A DNA stretch of 64,000 nucleotides from Candidatus Fervidifonticultor secundus (GTDB lineage: Bacteria > Sysuimicrobiota > Sysuimicrobiia > Sysuimicrobiales > Humicultoraceae). The notes under the pieces were generated by a model. It saw nothing but the letters and a program-made list of their open reading frames with translations. It was not told the origin of the DNA and searched no databases. Both the position numbers and the translations under genes were made by a program. Location of the stretch: positions 1-64,000 of the forward strand of contig JAVKIP010000007.1 of assembly GCA_031459385.1 (NCBI GenBank). Reading direction: 5' to 3'. Of the stretch, positions 50,533 through 59,878 are shown piece by piece (the stretch's first letter is position 1; each line of letters opens with the position of its first letter).

Positions 50533-51892
50533 CCGCGCCGTCACGGCGCCGGCGCCTGCCCGGGAAGCCGCGTTCACCGTCCTGCTGCGCACGGAGGCGG
50601 CCGGGGCGTTTGCCACGGTCCTGCTGTTCCGCACGCTGCAGCGCTCGCGGCTGGCAGCAGCCGACCGGGCCCTGGCGACGACGCTCGTGCTGGGGGTGTT
50701 GCGGCACCGCGGGCGCCTGGACTGGGCGCTGGCGGCGTTCCTGCGCCGGCCGCTCCACGACCTGCCCCCGGCGATCCGCACCATCCTGCGCCTGGGCGCG
50801 TATCAGGTGCTGGACCTGACACGCATTCCCGCGGCGGTCGCGGTGGACGAGGCCGTGGCTCTGGCCCGGCGCCACGGGCATCCCGGTACCGCCGGCCTCG
50901 TCAACGCTGTGTTGCGGCGGCTCAGCGCCGACGGGTCGCCGCCTCCACCCGACCCGGCCGCCGACCCGGCCGGCCACCTGGCCGTGGTCCACTCGCAGCC
51001 GCGCTGGCTGGTCGAGCGCTGGCTGGCCCGGTGGGATGCCGCGGACGTTACTGCGCTGGCCGCGGCCTGCACGCGCCCGGCACCCTCGGTCGTGCGCGCC
51101 AACACGCTGGTCGCCACCCCGGAGGAAGTGCGTCTGGCGCTGGCCGCGCGCGGCGTGCCCGTCGCCGCCGGGCTGCTGCCCGAAGCCCTGCGGGTGCGGG
51201 GCGCGCTCACCGCCCGCCTGCCGCTGTACGCCCGTGGCCTGTTCGCCATGCAGGACGAGGGCGCGATGGTGGTGGCCCGCGCCCTGGCGCCGACGGCGGG
51301 CAGCGTCGTCATCGACGCCTGTGCGGCGCCCGGCGGGAAGACCAGTCACCTGGCCGCGCTGATGCGCAACACCGGGCGGCTCGTCGCGTGCGACGTGCAC
51401 CCCGGCAAGCTCGCCGCGCTGGCGCACCGCTGCGCCACCATGGGCGCCTCGAACGTCGAGGCCCATCACCTGGACGCGCGGAGTCTGGGGAGGGCGTTTC
51501 CCCGACAGGCCGATGCCGTGCTCGTGGATGCACCGTGCACGGGGCTAGGGGTGGTGCGGCGCCGGCCCGACGTGAAGTGGCGCGTCGCCGCCGGCGACCT
51601 GGCGCGGTGCGCCGCGCTGCAGCGCGAGATCCTGGCCGGGGCTGCTGGCGCGGTCCGGTCCGGCGGCGTGCTGGTCTACAGCGTCTGCAGCCTGGAGCCC
51701 GAGGAGGGGCCGGACGTCGTCCGCGCCTTCCTGGGCCGCCACCCGGAGTTTCGCTTCGACTCGCTGCCCGCGACCGTCCCCCGGACGGTGAACGGCTGGC
51801 CCCTGGAGGGTGCGGAGGCAGGAGAGGTACTCCTGCTGCCGCACCGGCACGACACGGATGGCTTCTACGTGGCCCGGCTGGCGCGACGGTGA
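50519..51892 (+). CDS. rsmB: 16S rRNA m5C967 methyltransferase RsmB/Sun
   Basis: NusB-like N-terminus, QDEG, DACAAPGGKT, DAPCTGLG, YSVCS, DGFY. Confidence 0.95.
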   Translation: MTTSSRAVTAPAPAREAAFTVLLRTEAAGAFATVLLFRTLQRSRLAAADRALATTLVLGVLRHRGRLDWALAAFLRRPLHDLPPAIRTILRLGAYQVLDLTRIPAAVAVDEAVALARRHGHPGTAGLVNAVLRRLSADGSPPPPDPAADPAGHLAVVHSQPRWLVERWLARWDAADVTALAAACTRPAPSVVRANTLVATPEEVRLALAARGVPVAAGLLPEALRVRGALTARLPLYARGLFAMQDEGAMVVARALAPTAGSVVIDACAAPGGKTSHLAALMRNTGRLVACDVHPGKLAALAHRCATMGASNVEAHHLDARSLGRAFPRQADAVLVDAPCTGLGVVRRRPDVKWRVAAGDLARCAALQREILAGAAGAVRSGGVLVYSVCSLEPEEGPDVVRAFLGRHPEFRFDSLPATVPRTVNGWPLEGAEAGEVLLLPHRHDTDGFYVARLARR

Positions 51893-51966
51893 TCCACGCC
51901 GCCCGCGGCTCGAGGGCCTATAATCAGACGCGTCGGGAGCCCCGCGTGCCCGGGGGATGCCTGTCC

Positions 51967-53049
51967 ATGCCGACCGGTCCGACCGAACCCACCGATCTGC
52001 CGGGCCTGACGCTCGACGAGCTCGAGGCGTTCGCGCGGGCGCTCGGCGAGCCGGCGTACCGCGGCCGCCAGCTGGCCCGGTGGATCTACCAGCGCCGGGC
52101 GGCTAGCTTCGAGGGCGCAACCGACCTGCCGGCGTCGTTGCGGGCACGCCTGGCCGCCGTCGCGCGCCTCCCGCGCCTAGCGGTCCTGGAACGGCGGGAC
52201 GCGGCCAGCGGCTCGACCACGAAGTTCCTGTGCGGGCTGCCTGACGGGCAGGCGGTCGAGACCGTGTTGATGCGCTACGACGACGGACGCCGCACGGCGT
52301 GCGTCTCCACGCAGGTGGGCTGCGGCATGGGGTGCGCCTTCTGCGCCACCGGCCTGGCCGGCCTGCAGCGCAACCTGACCGCCGGGGAGATCGTGGATCA
52401 GGTGCAGCTCATCGCGCAGGAGACCGCCGAGCGGCCTACCCACGTGGTCTTCATGGGCATGGGCGAGCCCCTGGCCAACTACGAGGCGACGGTGCGCGCA
52501 GTGCGGCTCCTGAACGCGCCGTGGGGGCTCGGGATCGGCATGCGCCACCTGACGATTTCGACCGTGGGGCTGGTCCCGCAGATTCGCCGGCTGGCCGCCG
52601 AGCGCTTCCAGCTCACCCTGGCGATCTCGCTGCACGCGCCCGACGACGCCCTGCGGGACCGGCTGGTTCCGGTCAACCGACGGTGGCCCATCGCCGACCT
52701 GCTGGCCGCGGCGCGCGAGTACGCAGCCGCCACCGGGCGCCGCGTGACGTTCGAGTACGTGCTGATGGCAGGCACCAACGACACCGACGCGCACGCCCGC
52801 GCCCTGGGCCGCCTGCTGGCCGGAGAGCGGGCCCACCTCAACGTGATCCCGTGGAACCCGGTCTACGGGCTGCAGTACCGGCGGCCGCCGGAGGAGGCGG
52901 TACGGCGCTTCGCGCGGATCGTGCGGGCCGCCGGCGTGCCGGTCACGGTGCGCATCGAGCGCGGGGTGGAGATCGATGCCGCCTGCGGGCAGCTGCGTCG
53001 TACGCAGCCGGTCCCGACCCCGGTGGCCCATGCAGGGAGCCCTGGATGA
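51967..53049 (+). CDS. rlmN: 23S rRNA m2A2503 radical SAM methyltransferase
   Basis: CVSTQVGCGMGCAFC, MGMGEP, SLHA, FEY, AACGQL; TATAAT upstream at 51919-51924. Confidence 0.97.
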   Translation: MPTGPTEPTDLPGLTLDELEAFARALGEPAYRGRQLARWIYQRRAASFEGATDLPASLRARLAAVARLPRLAVLERRDAASGSTTKFLCGLPDGQAVETVLMRYDDGRRTACVSTQVGCGMGCAFCATGLAGLQRNLTAGEIVDQVQLIAQETAERPTHVVFMGMGEPLANYEATVRAVRLLNAPWGLGIGMRHLTISTVGLVPQIRRLAAERFQLTLAISLHAPDDALRDRLVPVNRRWPIADLLAAAREYAAATGRRVTFEYVLMAGTNDTDAHARALGRLLAGERAHLNVIPWNPVYGLQYRRPPEEAVRRFARIVRAAGVPVTVRIERGVEIDAACGQLRRTQPVPTPVAHAGSPG

Positions 53050-55028
53050 GCGTCGAGGTTGGCACGCGCATCGCCGGCCGGTACGAAGTCACCGCCCGCA
53101 TCGCCGAGGGCGGGTGGTCCAGTGTCTACCGTGCCCGCACCCCCGAGGGCGAGACGATCGCCGTGAAGATCCTCCGCCAGGAGTACGCGGCGGATCGGGA
53201 GTTCGTCGAGCGCTTCGTCCGCGAGGCGCGCGCCGCCGAGACGCTGGAGCACCCCCACGTGGTGCGCGTGCTCGAGAGCGGCCGCGACGGCGAGATCTAC
53301 TTCATCGCCATGGAGTTCGTGGACGGTGAGGACCTGAAGCGGTACCTGCGGCGCACAGGTCCGCTGGACCCGGTCGATGCCGAGCGCATCGCGCTGGCGG
53401 TCTGCGAGGCCCTGGACTACGCGCACGGCCTGGGCATCGTCCACCGGGACGTCAAACCGCAGAACATCCTCCTGGCGCGCGACGGCACCGTGAAGGTGGC
53501 GGACTTCGGGATCGCACGGGCGCAGGCCGCGGTCACCATCACCCACACGGGGACGGTGCTCGGTACCGTCCACTACCTGTCCCCCGAGCAGGCGCGGGGC
53601 GCGCCCGTGGACCGGGCCTCCGATCTCTACGCGCTGGGCGTCGTGCTCTTCGAGATGCTGACCGGCCGGCTACCCTTCGAAGGCGACAGCCCCATCGCCA
53701 TCGCGCTCAAGCACCTGCACGAGCCGCCGCCCTCGGCGCGCGCGGTCAACCCCAGGGTCCCGCGTCGCCTGGAGGGCATCATCCTCAAGGCCATGGCCAA
53801 GCGCCCCGAAGATCGCTATCAGACCGCCCGCGAGATGGCCGCAGACCTCCGCGGCGAGACTGCCCGGTGGGAGGAGGTGCTCGCCGACGACGAGGGGATC
53901 ACGCGGATGTTCGCGCCGCAGGGCGCGCGCCCGCGCCGCGGGCTCGCGCGGGCGGCGCCGCTGGCGGCGGCGCTGTTGGTGGCCGCGATCGGCGGGTTGT
54001 GGGCTGGCTGGCAGGCCGTGAACGCGTACTTGAACGTGCCCGAGGTCGAGGTCCCCGACGTGGTGGGCCGGTCGCTGCTGCAGGCCGAGCAGATCGCGCG
54101 GCAGCGCGGTGTGACCCTGGAGGTGGCAGAGCGTGCCTACAGCGCCACCGCGCCACAAGACGTCGTCCTGGCTCAGGACGAGCCGCCGGGCAAGCGGGTC
54201 AAGCAGGGACGCCGGATCGGCGTGGTGGTGAGCCTCGGGCCGCAGCTGGTAACCGTCCCCGATGTCGTCCGGCAGCCGGTCGGGGCCGCGCAGCTGGCGC
54301 TGGAGACGGCCCGTCTGCGGCTCGGAGCGCTGCAGGAGGGCTACGATGACGTCGTCAAGGCGGGGTTCGTGATCCGGCAGGATCCCCCGGCGGGGTCGCG
54401 GGTGCAGGTCGACTCGCCCGTGACGCTGGTGATCAGCCGCGGTCCGGCGCAGGTGGAGGTGCCCGGGCTCCTCGGCCGCACGCTGTCCGAGGCTCGCCGG
54501 CTGCTGGAGGACCGCGGCCTGGTCATCGCGCACGTGCGCACGGTGCCGGTGGCCGATGCTGCGCCGGGCCTGATCGTGGAGCAGTCGCCGGCCGCGGGCG
54601 CGCTGGTGCGTCCGGGCCAGACCGCGATCACCGTCGCGGTGAGCGCGCGCCCAGGCGAGGAGAGCGCGCCGCCGCAGGCCCCGGTGGTGACGGCCGAGCC
54701 CCAGCCCGTACCATCGCCCAGCCCGCCGCCGGTCCGACTCACGCCGGCGGTCCGCCCCTCCCCGGCCGGGACGCCCGCGGCGCCTGCCACGCCCGCGGCC
54801 GTGCCGTCGCCGGGCCTGGCGCGCCGCACGCGCGTGCAGGTGGTGGTGCCGGAGGGGCCCGCCGTGCAGGAGGTGAAGATCGTCGTGATCGACGAGAAGG
54901 GTGTGCGCACGGTCTACCAGGCGCCGCATGGTCCCGGCGATCGCGTCGAGCAGTTCGTCAGCACGCAGGGCTACACGATCATCCAGGTCTACATCGACAA
55001 CCGCCTCGTGCAGGAAGTCCGGCCGTGA
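53046..55028 (+). CDS. pknB: PASTA-domain Ser/Thr kinase (PknB/PrkC)
   Basis: VHRDVKPQN, DFGIA, GTVHYLSPEQ, TM helix, three PASTA repeats, Pro-rich linker and C-terminal beta domain. Confidence 0.95.
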   Translation: MSVEVGTRIAGRYEVTARIAEGGWSSVYRARTPEGETIAVKILRQEYAADREFVERFVREARAAETLEHPHVVRVLESGRDGEIYFIAMEFVDGEDLKRYLRRTGPLDPVDAERIALAVCEALDYAHGLGIVHRDVKPQNILLARDGTVKVADFGIARAQAAVTITHTGTVLGTVHYLSPEQARGAPVDRASDLYALGVVLFEMLTGRLPFEGDSPIAIALKHLHEPPPSARAVNPRVPRRLEGIILKAMAKRPEDRYQTAREMAADLRGETARWEEVLADDEGITRMFAPQGARPRRGLARAAPLAAALLVAAIGGLWAGWQAVNAYLNVPEVEVPDVVGRSLLQAEQIARQRGVTLEVAERAYSATAPQDVVLAQDEPPGKRVKQGRRIGVVVSLGPQLVTVPDVVRQPVGAAQLALETARLRLGALQEGYDDVVKAGFVIRQDPPAGSRVQVDSPVTLVISRGPAQVEVPGLLGRTLSEARRLLEDRGLVIAHVRTVPVADAAPGLIVEQSPAAGALVRPGQTAITVAVSARPGEESAPPQAPVVTAEPQPVPSPSPPPVRLTPAVRPSPAGTPAAPATPAAVPSPGLARRTRVQVVVPEGPAVQEVKIVVIDEKGVRTVYQAPHGPGDRVEQFVSTQGYTIIQVYIDNRLVQEVRP

Positions 55029-55690
55029 CGCGCGGCCGCGTGCGTCTCGCCGCCAGCATCCTGGCCGCCGACTTCGCACACCTGGGCGCCGCCGTACAGG
55101 CGGCGGAGCGCGGCGGCGTCGACCTGCTGCACATCGACGTCATGGACGGCCAGTTCGTCCCGCCGATCACCGTGGGCACGGTGGTGGTGGAGGCGGTACG
55201 CCGCGCCTCGCGCCTCCCGCTGGACGTACACTTGATGGTCCGGGAGCCCGAGCGGCAGGTCGAGGCGTTCGCCCGCGCCGGCGCCGCCAGCATCGCGGTG
55301 CACCTGGAAGCCGCGGCGCATCCCCATCGGCTCCTCGGTCTGATCCGGAGCCTGGGCGCGCAGGCCGGGATCGCGCTCAACCCCGGCACCCCACCCGATG
55401 CGTGCGCCTGGCTGGCGGACGTGCTCGACTTCGTGCTGGTCATGACCGTGAATCCCGGCTACGCCGGCCAAGTGTTCCTGCCGGAGGTGCTGCCGAAGGT
55501 CGGGCGCGTCAGGCAACTCGTCGGCGATCGATGCTGGATCGCGGTCGACGGCGGGGTGTCCCCGCAGACCGCGCCGCAGGCGGTGGCGGCGGGCGCCGAT
55601 GTCCTGGTGGCGGCGTCAGCGATCTTCGGCGCGCCCGACGGGGTGGAGGCAGCCGCAGCCCGGCTGCGGGCGGCGGCCGTGGGCGGGTGA
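55025..55690 (+). CDS. rpe: Ribulose-phosphate 3-epimerase
   Basis: SILAADF, HIDVMDG.FVP, DVHLMV, MTVNPG, VDGG. Confidence 0.97.
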   Translation: MTRGRVRLAASILAADFAHLGAAVQAAERGGVDLLHIDVMDGQFVPPITVGTVVVEAVRRASRLPLDVHLMVREPERQVEAFARAGAASIAVHLEAAAHPHRLLGLIRSLGAQAGIALNPGTPPDACAWLADVLDFVLVMTVNPGYAGQVFLPEVLPKVGRVRQLVGDRCWIAVDGGVSPQTAPQAVAAGADVLVAASAIFGAPDGVEAAAARLRAAAVGG

Positions 55691-56760
55691 GCACGCTCTT
55701 CGTCACCCATCCGGCCTGCGAGCACCACACGACCGGTGCGGGCCACCCCGAGCGGCCCCAGCGCCTCCAGGCGGTGCGCCGGGCCGTGGAGTCCTGCGGT
55801 CTGGAAGGCGCGCTGCAGTGGGATGAGCAGCCCCCGGAGGTCGACGCCGAGCTCCTCGAGCGCGTCCACCGTCGTGCCTACGTCGACGTCGTGGAGGGGC
55901 TGGCGCGCGCCGGCGGGGGCTGGCTCGACGCCGATACACCGGTGGGGCCCCAGTCAGCCCGCGCCGCCCGTCTCGCGGCGGGTGCGGCCCAGCGCGCCGT
56001 GGAGGTCCTGCTGGCCGGGCTCGCGCGGCGCGCCTTCGTGGCGGTACGGCCGCCGGGCCACCACGCCGGGCCCGACCGCGGCATGGGCTTCTGCCTGTTC
56101 AACAACGCGGCCGTGGCCGCTGCCGCGGCACGGCGCGCGGGCCGCGAACGCGTGCTGGTCGTGGACTGGGACGTGCACCACGGCAACGGCACGCAGGCGG
56201 TGTTCTGGCGGGATCCGTCGGTGCTGGTCGTCTCGCTGCACCAGGAGTACTGGTACCCCGGTACGGGGGCCATGGAGGAGCTGGGGGAGGGACCAGGGGA
56301 AGGCGCCACCGTCAACCTGCCCCTGCCTGCACAGACTGGCGACGGCGGCTACACCGACGCGATGACCGAGCTGGTCCTCCCGCTGGCTGCAGCCTTCCGG
56401 CCGGAGTTTGTGATCGTCTCGGCAGGCTACGACGCCCACTTCGCCGACCCGCTGGGCGGCATGGTCGTCACCACAGCCGGGTTCGGGCGGCTGGCACGCC
56501 TCGCGGACGAGGCGGCGCGGGCGGCCGACGCGCCGCTGCTCGCGATCCTCGAGGGCGGCTACCATCTGGATGCGCTGGCGGCGTCCGTGGTCGCGACCCT
56601 CGAAGCCCTGACCGGCCGGCCGGCGGATCCGGCGGCATGGCGCGAGCCGGCGCCCGCGGACCTGGGAGCCAGACGTCCCGGGCGCGAGGTGCCGGCGTCC
56701 GCGATCGGCGCGCGCCTGCGGGCCATACGGCGACTGTTGCTCAACTACTGGCGGCTCTAG
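55687..56760 (+). CDS. Zn-dependent histone deacetylase family protein
   Basis: HPERP.R, RPPGHH, GFCLFNN, DWDVHHGNGTQ, SAGYDAH..DPL, LEGGY. Confidence 0.95.
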   Translation: MSTLFVTHPACEHHTTGAGHPERPQRLQAVRRAVESCGLEGALQWDEQPPEVDAELLERVHRRAYVDVVEGLARAGGGWLDADTPVGPQSARAARLAAGAAQRAVEVLLAGLARRAFVAVRPPGHHAGPDRGMGFCLFNNAAVAAAAARRAGRERVLVVDWDVHHGNGTQAVFWRDPSVLVVSLHQEYWYPGTGAMEELGEGPGEGATVNLPLPAQTGDGGYTDAMTELVLPLAAAFRPEFVIVSAGYDAHFADPLGGMVVTTAGFGRLARLADEAARAADAPLLAILEGGYHLDALAASVVATLEALTGRPADPAAWREPAPADLGARRPGREVPASAIGARLRAIRRLLLNYWRL

Positions 56761-56955
56761 GCCCAGCCGGAGCCCAAGCGGCGCGCCGCCGCCGCCGGGG
56801 GCAAGGGGGAGGAAACCCCAGGCGGGCGGCGAAGTGCGCACCGCTGGCCGGAGCAGCATCCAGGATCACCGACCACACGGTGAGGAGCGCGTGCGCAGGG
56901 ACCGAGACAGCGCGCCGGCGGCGTCTCGGGGTACGGCAAGGGGGCGACGGGCCAC

Positions 56956-58212
56956 ATGTCGGCAGGGCAGGCAGAGGCGGACGACCAGGCGCCAAAGACC
57001 GAAGCGGTGGACCTCTCGGAGTCGGTGCCCCGGCTCCAGGAGCGACAGATCGTGCGGGGCACCGTGGTACGGGTGGACACCGAGGGGATCCTGGTCGACG
57101 TCGGGGCCAAGTCCGAGGGGATCATTCCTCCCAAGGAACTGTCGCGGCGGGGCGATCAGCCTGAGGCGGTGCAGGTCGGGGACCGCATCGATGTGATGGT
57201 GATGCGCGTGGACGGCGAGGAGGGGAACATCATCCTCAGCAAGAAGCGCGCGGACTTCGTGCGCGCCTGGGAGCGCGTGATCGAGGCGCACCAGGGGGGT
57301 CGTATTCTCCACGCCATGGTGGTGGACAAGGTCAAAGGCGGCCTGGTGGTGGACCTGGGGCTGCGCGGCTTCGTGCCCGGGTCGCACGTCGACCTGACCC
57401 AGGCCAAGGGGCGGCGGTTCGAGTGGTTCGTCGGCCAGTCCATCCCCCTCAAGGTCATCGAGGTCGACCGGGGCAAGGGACGCGTCATCCTCTCGCACAA
57501 GCTGGCGGTGGAGGAGGAGCGGAAGGGGCGCCGGGCGCAGGTGCTGGCCACGCTGGAGGAGGGCGCCGTCGTCGAAGGGGTCGTCAAACGCATCACCGAC
57601 TTCGGCGCGTTCGTAGACCTGGGCGGCGTCGATGGCCTGCTGCCCATCAGCGAGATGGCCTGGACCTACATCCGACACCCATCGGAAGTCGTGCGACGCA
57701 ACCAGCACCTGCGGTTGCAGGTGCTGAAGGTCGACCGCGAGGCTGGCAAGATCTCGCTGGGCCTGAAGCAGATCCTGGAGGATCCCTGGGCGGCCGTCGG
57801 CGACCGCTACAAGGCAGGCGACGTGATCCGCGGCAAGGTCGTGCGCATCGTGGCCTCGGGAGCGTTTGTGCGGCTGCGGGACCTCGATGCCTTCCTCCCC
57901 ATCAGTGAGCTCGCCGAGAAGCGGGTGGCCAAAGTCGAGGATGTCGTGCAGGTCGGGCAGACCATCGAAGCAATGGTCGTGGAGGTCCGGCCGGACGAGC
58001 GCCGCATGATCGTCAGCCTCCGCCGGCTGGCCCGCGAGGCGGAGCGCAAGCGAGTGAAGGAGTACCTGCGGGAGCAGCAGGACGAAGGGCGAGTCACGAT
58101 CGGCGACGCGGTGGGCGAACTGCTGCGGCAGGTCGTCGAGGTACGCCCCGAGGTGCCGGAGCCGGCGGCTGCGACGCCCCACGAACCAGAGAGCGAGCCC
58201 AGGACGCCCTGA
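56956..58212 (+). CDS. rpsA: Ribosomal protein bS1 (four S1 domains)
   Basis: DVGAKSEG, LSKKRA, KGGLVVD, FGAFVDLGGVDGLL, ISLGLKQ..DPW. Confidence 0.92.
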   Translation: MSAGQAEADDQAPKTEAVDLSESVPRLQERQIVRGTVVRVDTEGILVDVGAKSEGIIPPKELSRRGDQPEAVQVGDRIDVMVMRVDGEEGNIILSKKRADFVRAWERVIEAHQGGRILHAMVVDKVKGGLVVDLGLRGFVPGSHVDLTQAKGRRFEWFVGQSIPLKVIEVDRGKGRVILSHKLAVEEERKGRRAQVLATLEEGAVVEGVVKRITDFGAFVDLGGVDGLLPISEMAWTYIRHPSEVVRRNQHLRLQVLKVDREAGKISLGLKQILEDPWAAVGDRYKAGDVIRGKVVRIVASGAFVRLRDLDAFLPISELAEKRVAKVEDVVQVGQTIEAMVVEVRPDERRMIVSLRRLAREAERKRVKEYLREQQDEGRVTIGDAVGELLRQVVEVRPEVPEPAAATPHEPESEPRTP

Positions 58213-58217
58213 TGCGC

Positions 58218-58246
58218 TTGTCGCTCCCCGTCGGGGCGGCTACAAT
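58218..58246 (+). promoter_or_regulatory. Sigma-70 promoter of tRNA-Pro
   Basis: TTGTCG-N17-TACAAT. Confidence 0.7.
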
Positions 58247-58257
58247 GGGTGTGACCT

Positions 58258-58336
58258 CGGGGAGTAGCGCAGCTTGGTGTAGCGCGCAGCGTTCGGGACG
58301 CTGAGGTCGGGGGTTCAAATCCCCCCTCCCCGACCA
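58258..58336 (+). tRNA. tRNA-Pro (anticodon CGG)
   Basis: Acceptor CGGGGAG/CTCCCCG, anticodon arm CAGCG-TTCGGGA-CGCTG, GGTTCAAATCC T-arm, encoded CCA. Confidence 0.97.
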
Positions 58337-58522
58337 TTCAGGACGGGACGCGGTGGGTCTCGTGGCGCGTCGTGCGACACTGCGGTGGGCACGGTGGCGG
58401 CCGCTTGCCACCCCGCCGCCGGGACGATAGACTAGGCTGGACGCCGGTGCCCGCGAGGCTGCCCGGCGGCTAAAGACGCAGAGAGCAGGAGAACGCGCGG
58501 GGCGGCGCGGCATGCGTCGCTT

Positions 58523-59803
58523 TTGTTTTTTCAGCCGGAGGAGTTGCCGGTGCTGACACGAACCTCAGGCTACCATGCGGCGCACGCGGCACGAAAGGCG
58601 CGGTTCCTGACGGACGTGGAGGTGGCTGCGGCGCCCGTCCGGGTGGGAGTGTTCACCGACTCCTACCTGCCCCGCATCAGCGGCGTGGTCCGGTCGATCG
58701 AGGCGTTCGTCTCCGAACTGCGACGCCAGGGCCACCACGTCTCGATCTTCGCGCCCGGTTACCGCGGGTTCGTGGACGCCGACCCGGACGTCGTACGCTT
58801 CCCCTCGGTGCGGCCGCCCGGCCATCCTGACTTTCCCCTGGCGATTCCCGTCGACCGTCGGTTCCTGGCCAAGCTGGCGGCGCGGCGCCCGAGCGTGATC
58901 CACACGCACTCGCCGTTCCTGATGGGTGCGGCCGGGCGCTACGCGGCGCGGCGCCTGGGGCTGCCGCTGGTCTTCACCCACCACACGATGTACGCGGAGT
59001 ACGTGCACTACGTGCCGTTGTTCCCGCCGCGGTTGTCGCGCCAGGTGGTGACCCGCTACACCGCGCGCTACTGCAACCGCTGCACCGCGGTGATCGCGCC
59101 CTCCCGGGCCGTCCGGGCGTGGCTGCGGTCCATTGGCGTCGTCACGCCCATCGAGGTCCTGCCCACGGCGGGCTTCGAGCTCGCGCGGTTCGACCGGCTC
59201 GACCCCTCGTGGGTCCGGCCGCGCTATGGGGTGCCGTCCGGGGCGCCGCTCGTGATCACGGTGGGGCGCCTGGCGTCCGAGAAGCGCTTCGACATCCTGC
59301 TGGCGGCGTTTGCCGACGCGGCCCGCGGCGGGCCAGCCCACCTGCTCGTGGTGGGTGGCGGCCCGGAGGCGCCGGTGCTCCGCCACCTGGCCGGCCAGCT
59401 CGGCGTGGGCAGCCAGGTGATCTTCACGGGTCCCCTGGACCACGACCGCGTCCTGGACTGTTACGCCGCCGCCGACGTGTTCGCGTTCGCGTCGCCGACC
59501 GAGACGCAGGGGCTGGTGGTGATCGAGGCCATGGCCGCGGGCTTGCCGGTGGCGGCCGTGCGGGCCGGCGGGGTCGCCGAAGCCGTGGGCGACGGCGAGA
59601 CCGGCCTGCTGGTCGATCCGGATCCCGCGGCGCTGGCCGCCGCGATCCGCCGCCTGCTCCACGACGAGCCCCTGCGGCGCCGCCTCAGCGCCGGGGGCAG
59701 GGAGGTCGCCCGGGCCTATGCCATCGACGTGCTGACGCGCCGGCTGGTCGATCTCTACCGGAACCTGATGACCGATGGACCCCTCGCCGCCACACCCGAC
59801 TAA
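58523..59803 (+). CDS. Family 4 glycosyltransferase, resembling alpha-monoglucosyldiacylglycerol synthase
   Basis: VGVFTDSYLPRISGV, HTHSPF, THHTMY.EY.HY, GRLASEK, ETQGLV.IEAMA. True start probably a GTG near 58616. Confidence 0.88.
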   Translation: MFFQPEELPVLTRTSGYHAAHAARKARFLTDVEVAAAPVRVGVFTDSYLPRISGVVRSIEAFVSELRRQGHHVSIFAPGYRGFVDADPDVVRFPSVRPPGHPDFPLAIPVDRRFLAKLAARRPSVIHTHSPFLMGAAGRYAARRLGLPLVFTHHTMYAEYVHYVPLFPPRLSRQVVTRYTARYCNRCTAVIAPSRAVRAWLRSIGVVTPIEVLPTAGFELARFDRLDPSWVRPRYGVPSGAPLVITVGRLASEKRFDILLAAFADAARGGPAHLLVVGGGPEAPVLRHLAGQLGVGSQVIFTGPLDHDRVLDCYAAADVFAFASPTETQGLVVIEAMAAGLPVAAVRAGGVAEAVGDGETGLLVDPDPAALAAAIRRLLHDEPLRRRLSAGGREVARAYAIDVLTRRLVDLYRNLMTDGPLAATPD

Positions 59804-59878
59804 CCCCAGGCCGCTTCGCGCGGCGATCACGCCACGGGCGGGCCGCCCCCGCGGTCCGAAACGAGGAGGAGACCCAGC

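Noticed and set aside
58258..58520. tRNA-Pro as an integration site
   Set aside because: No integrase, no duplicated tRNA 3' end, and housekeeping genes on both sides.
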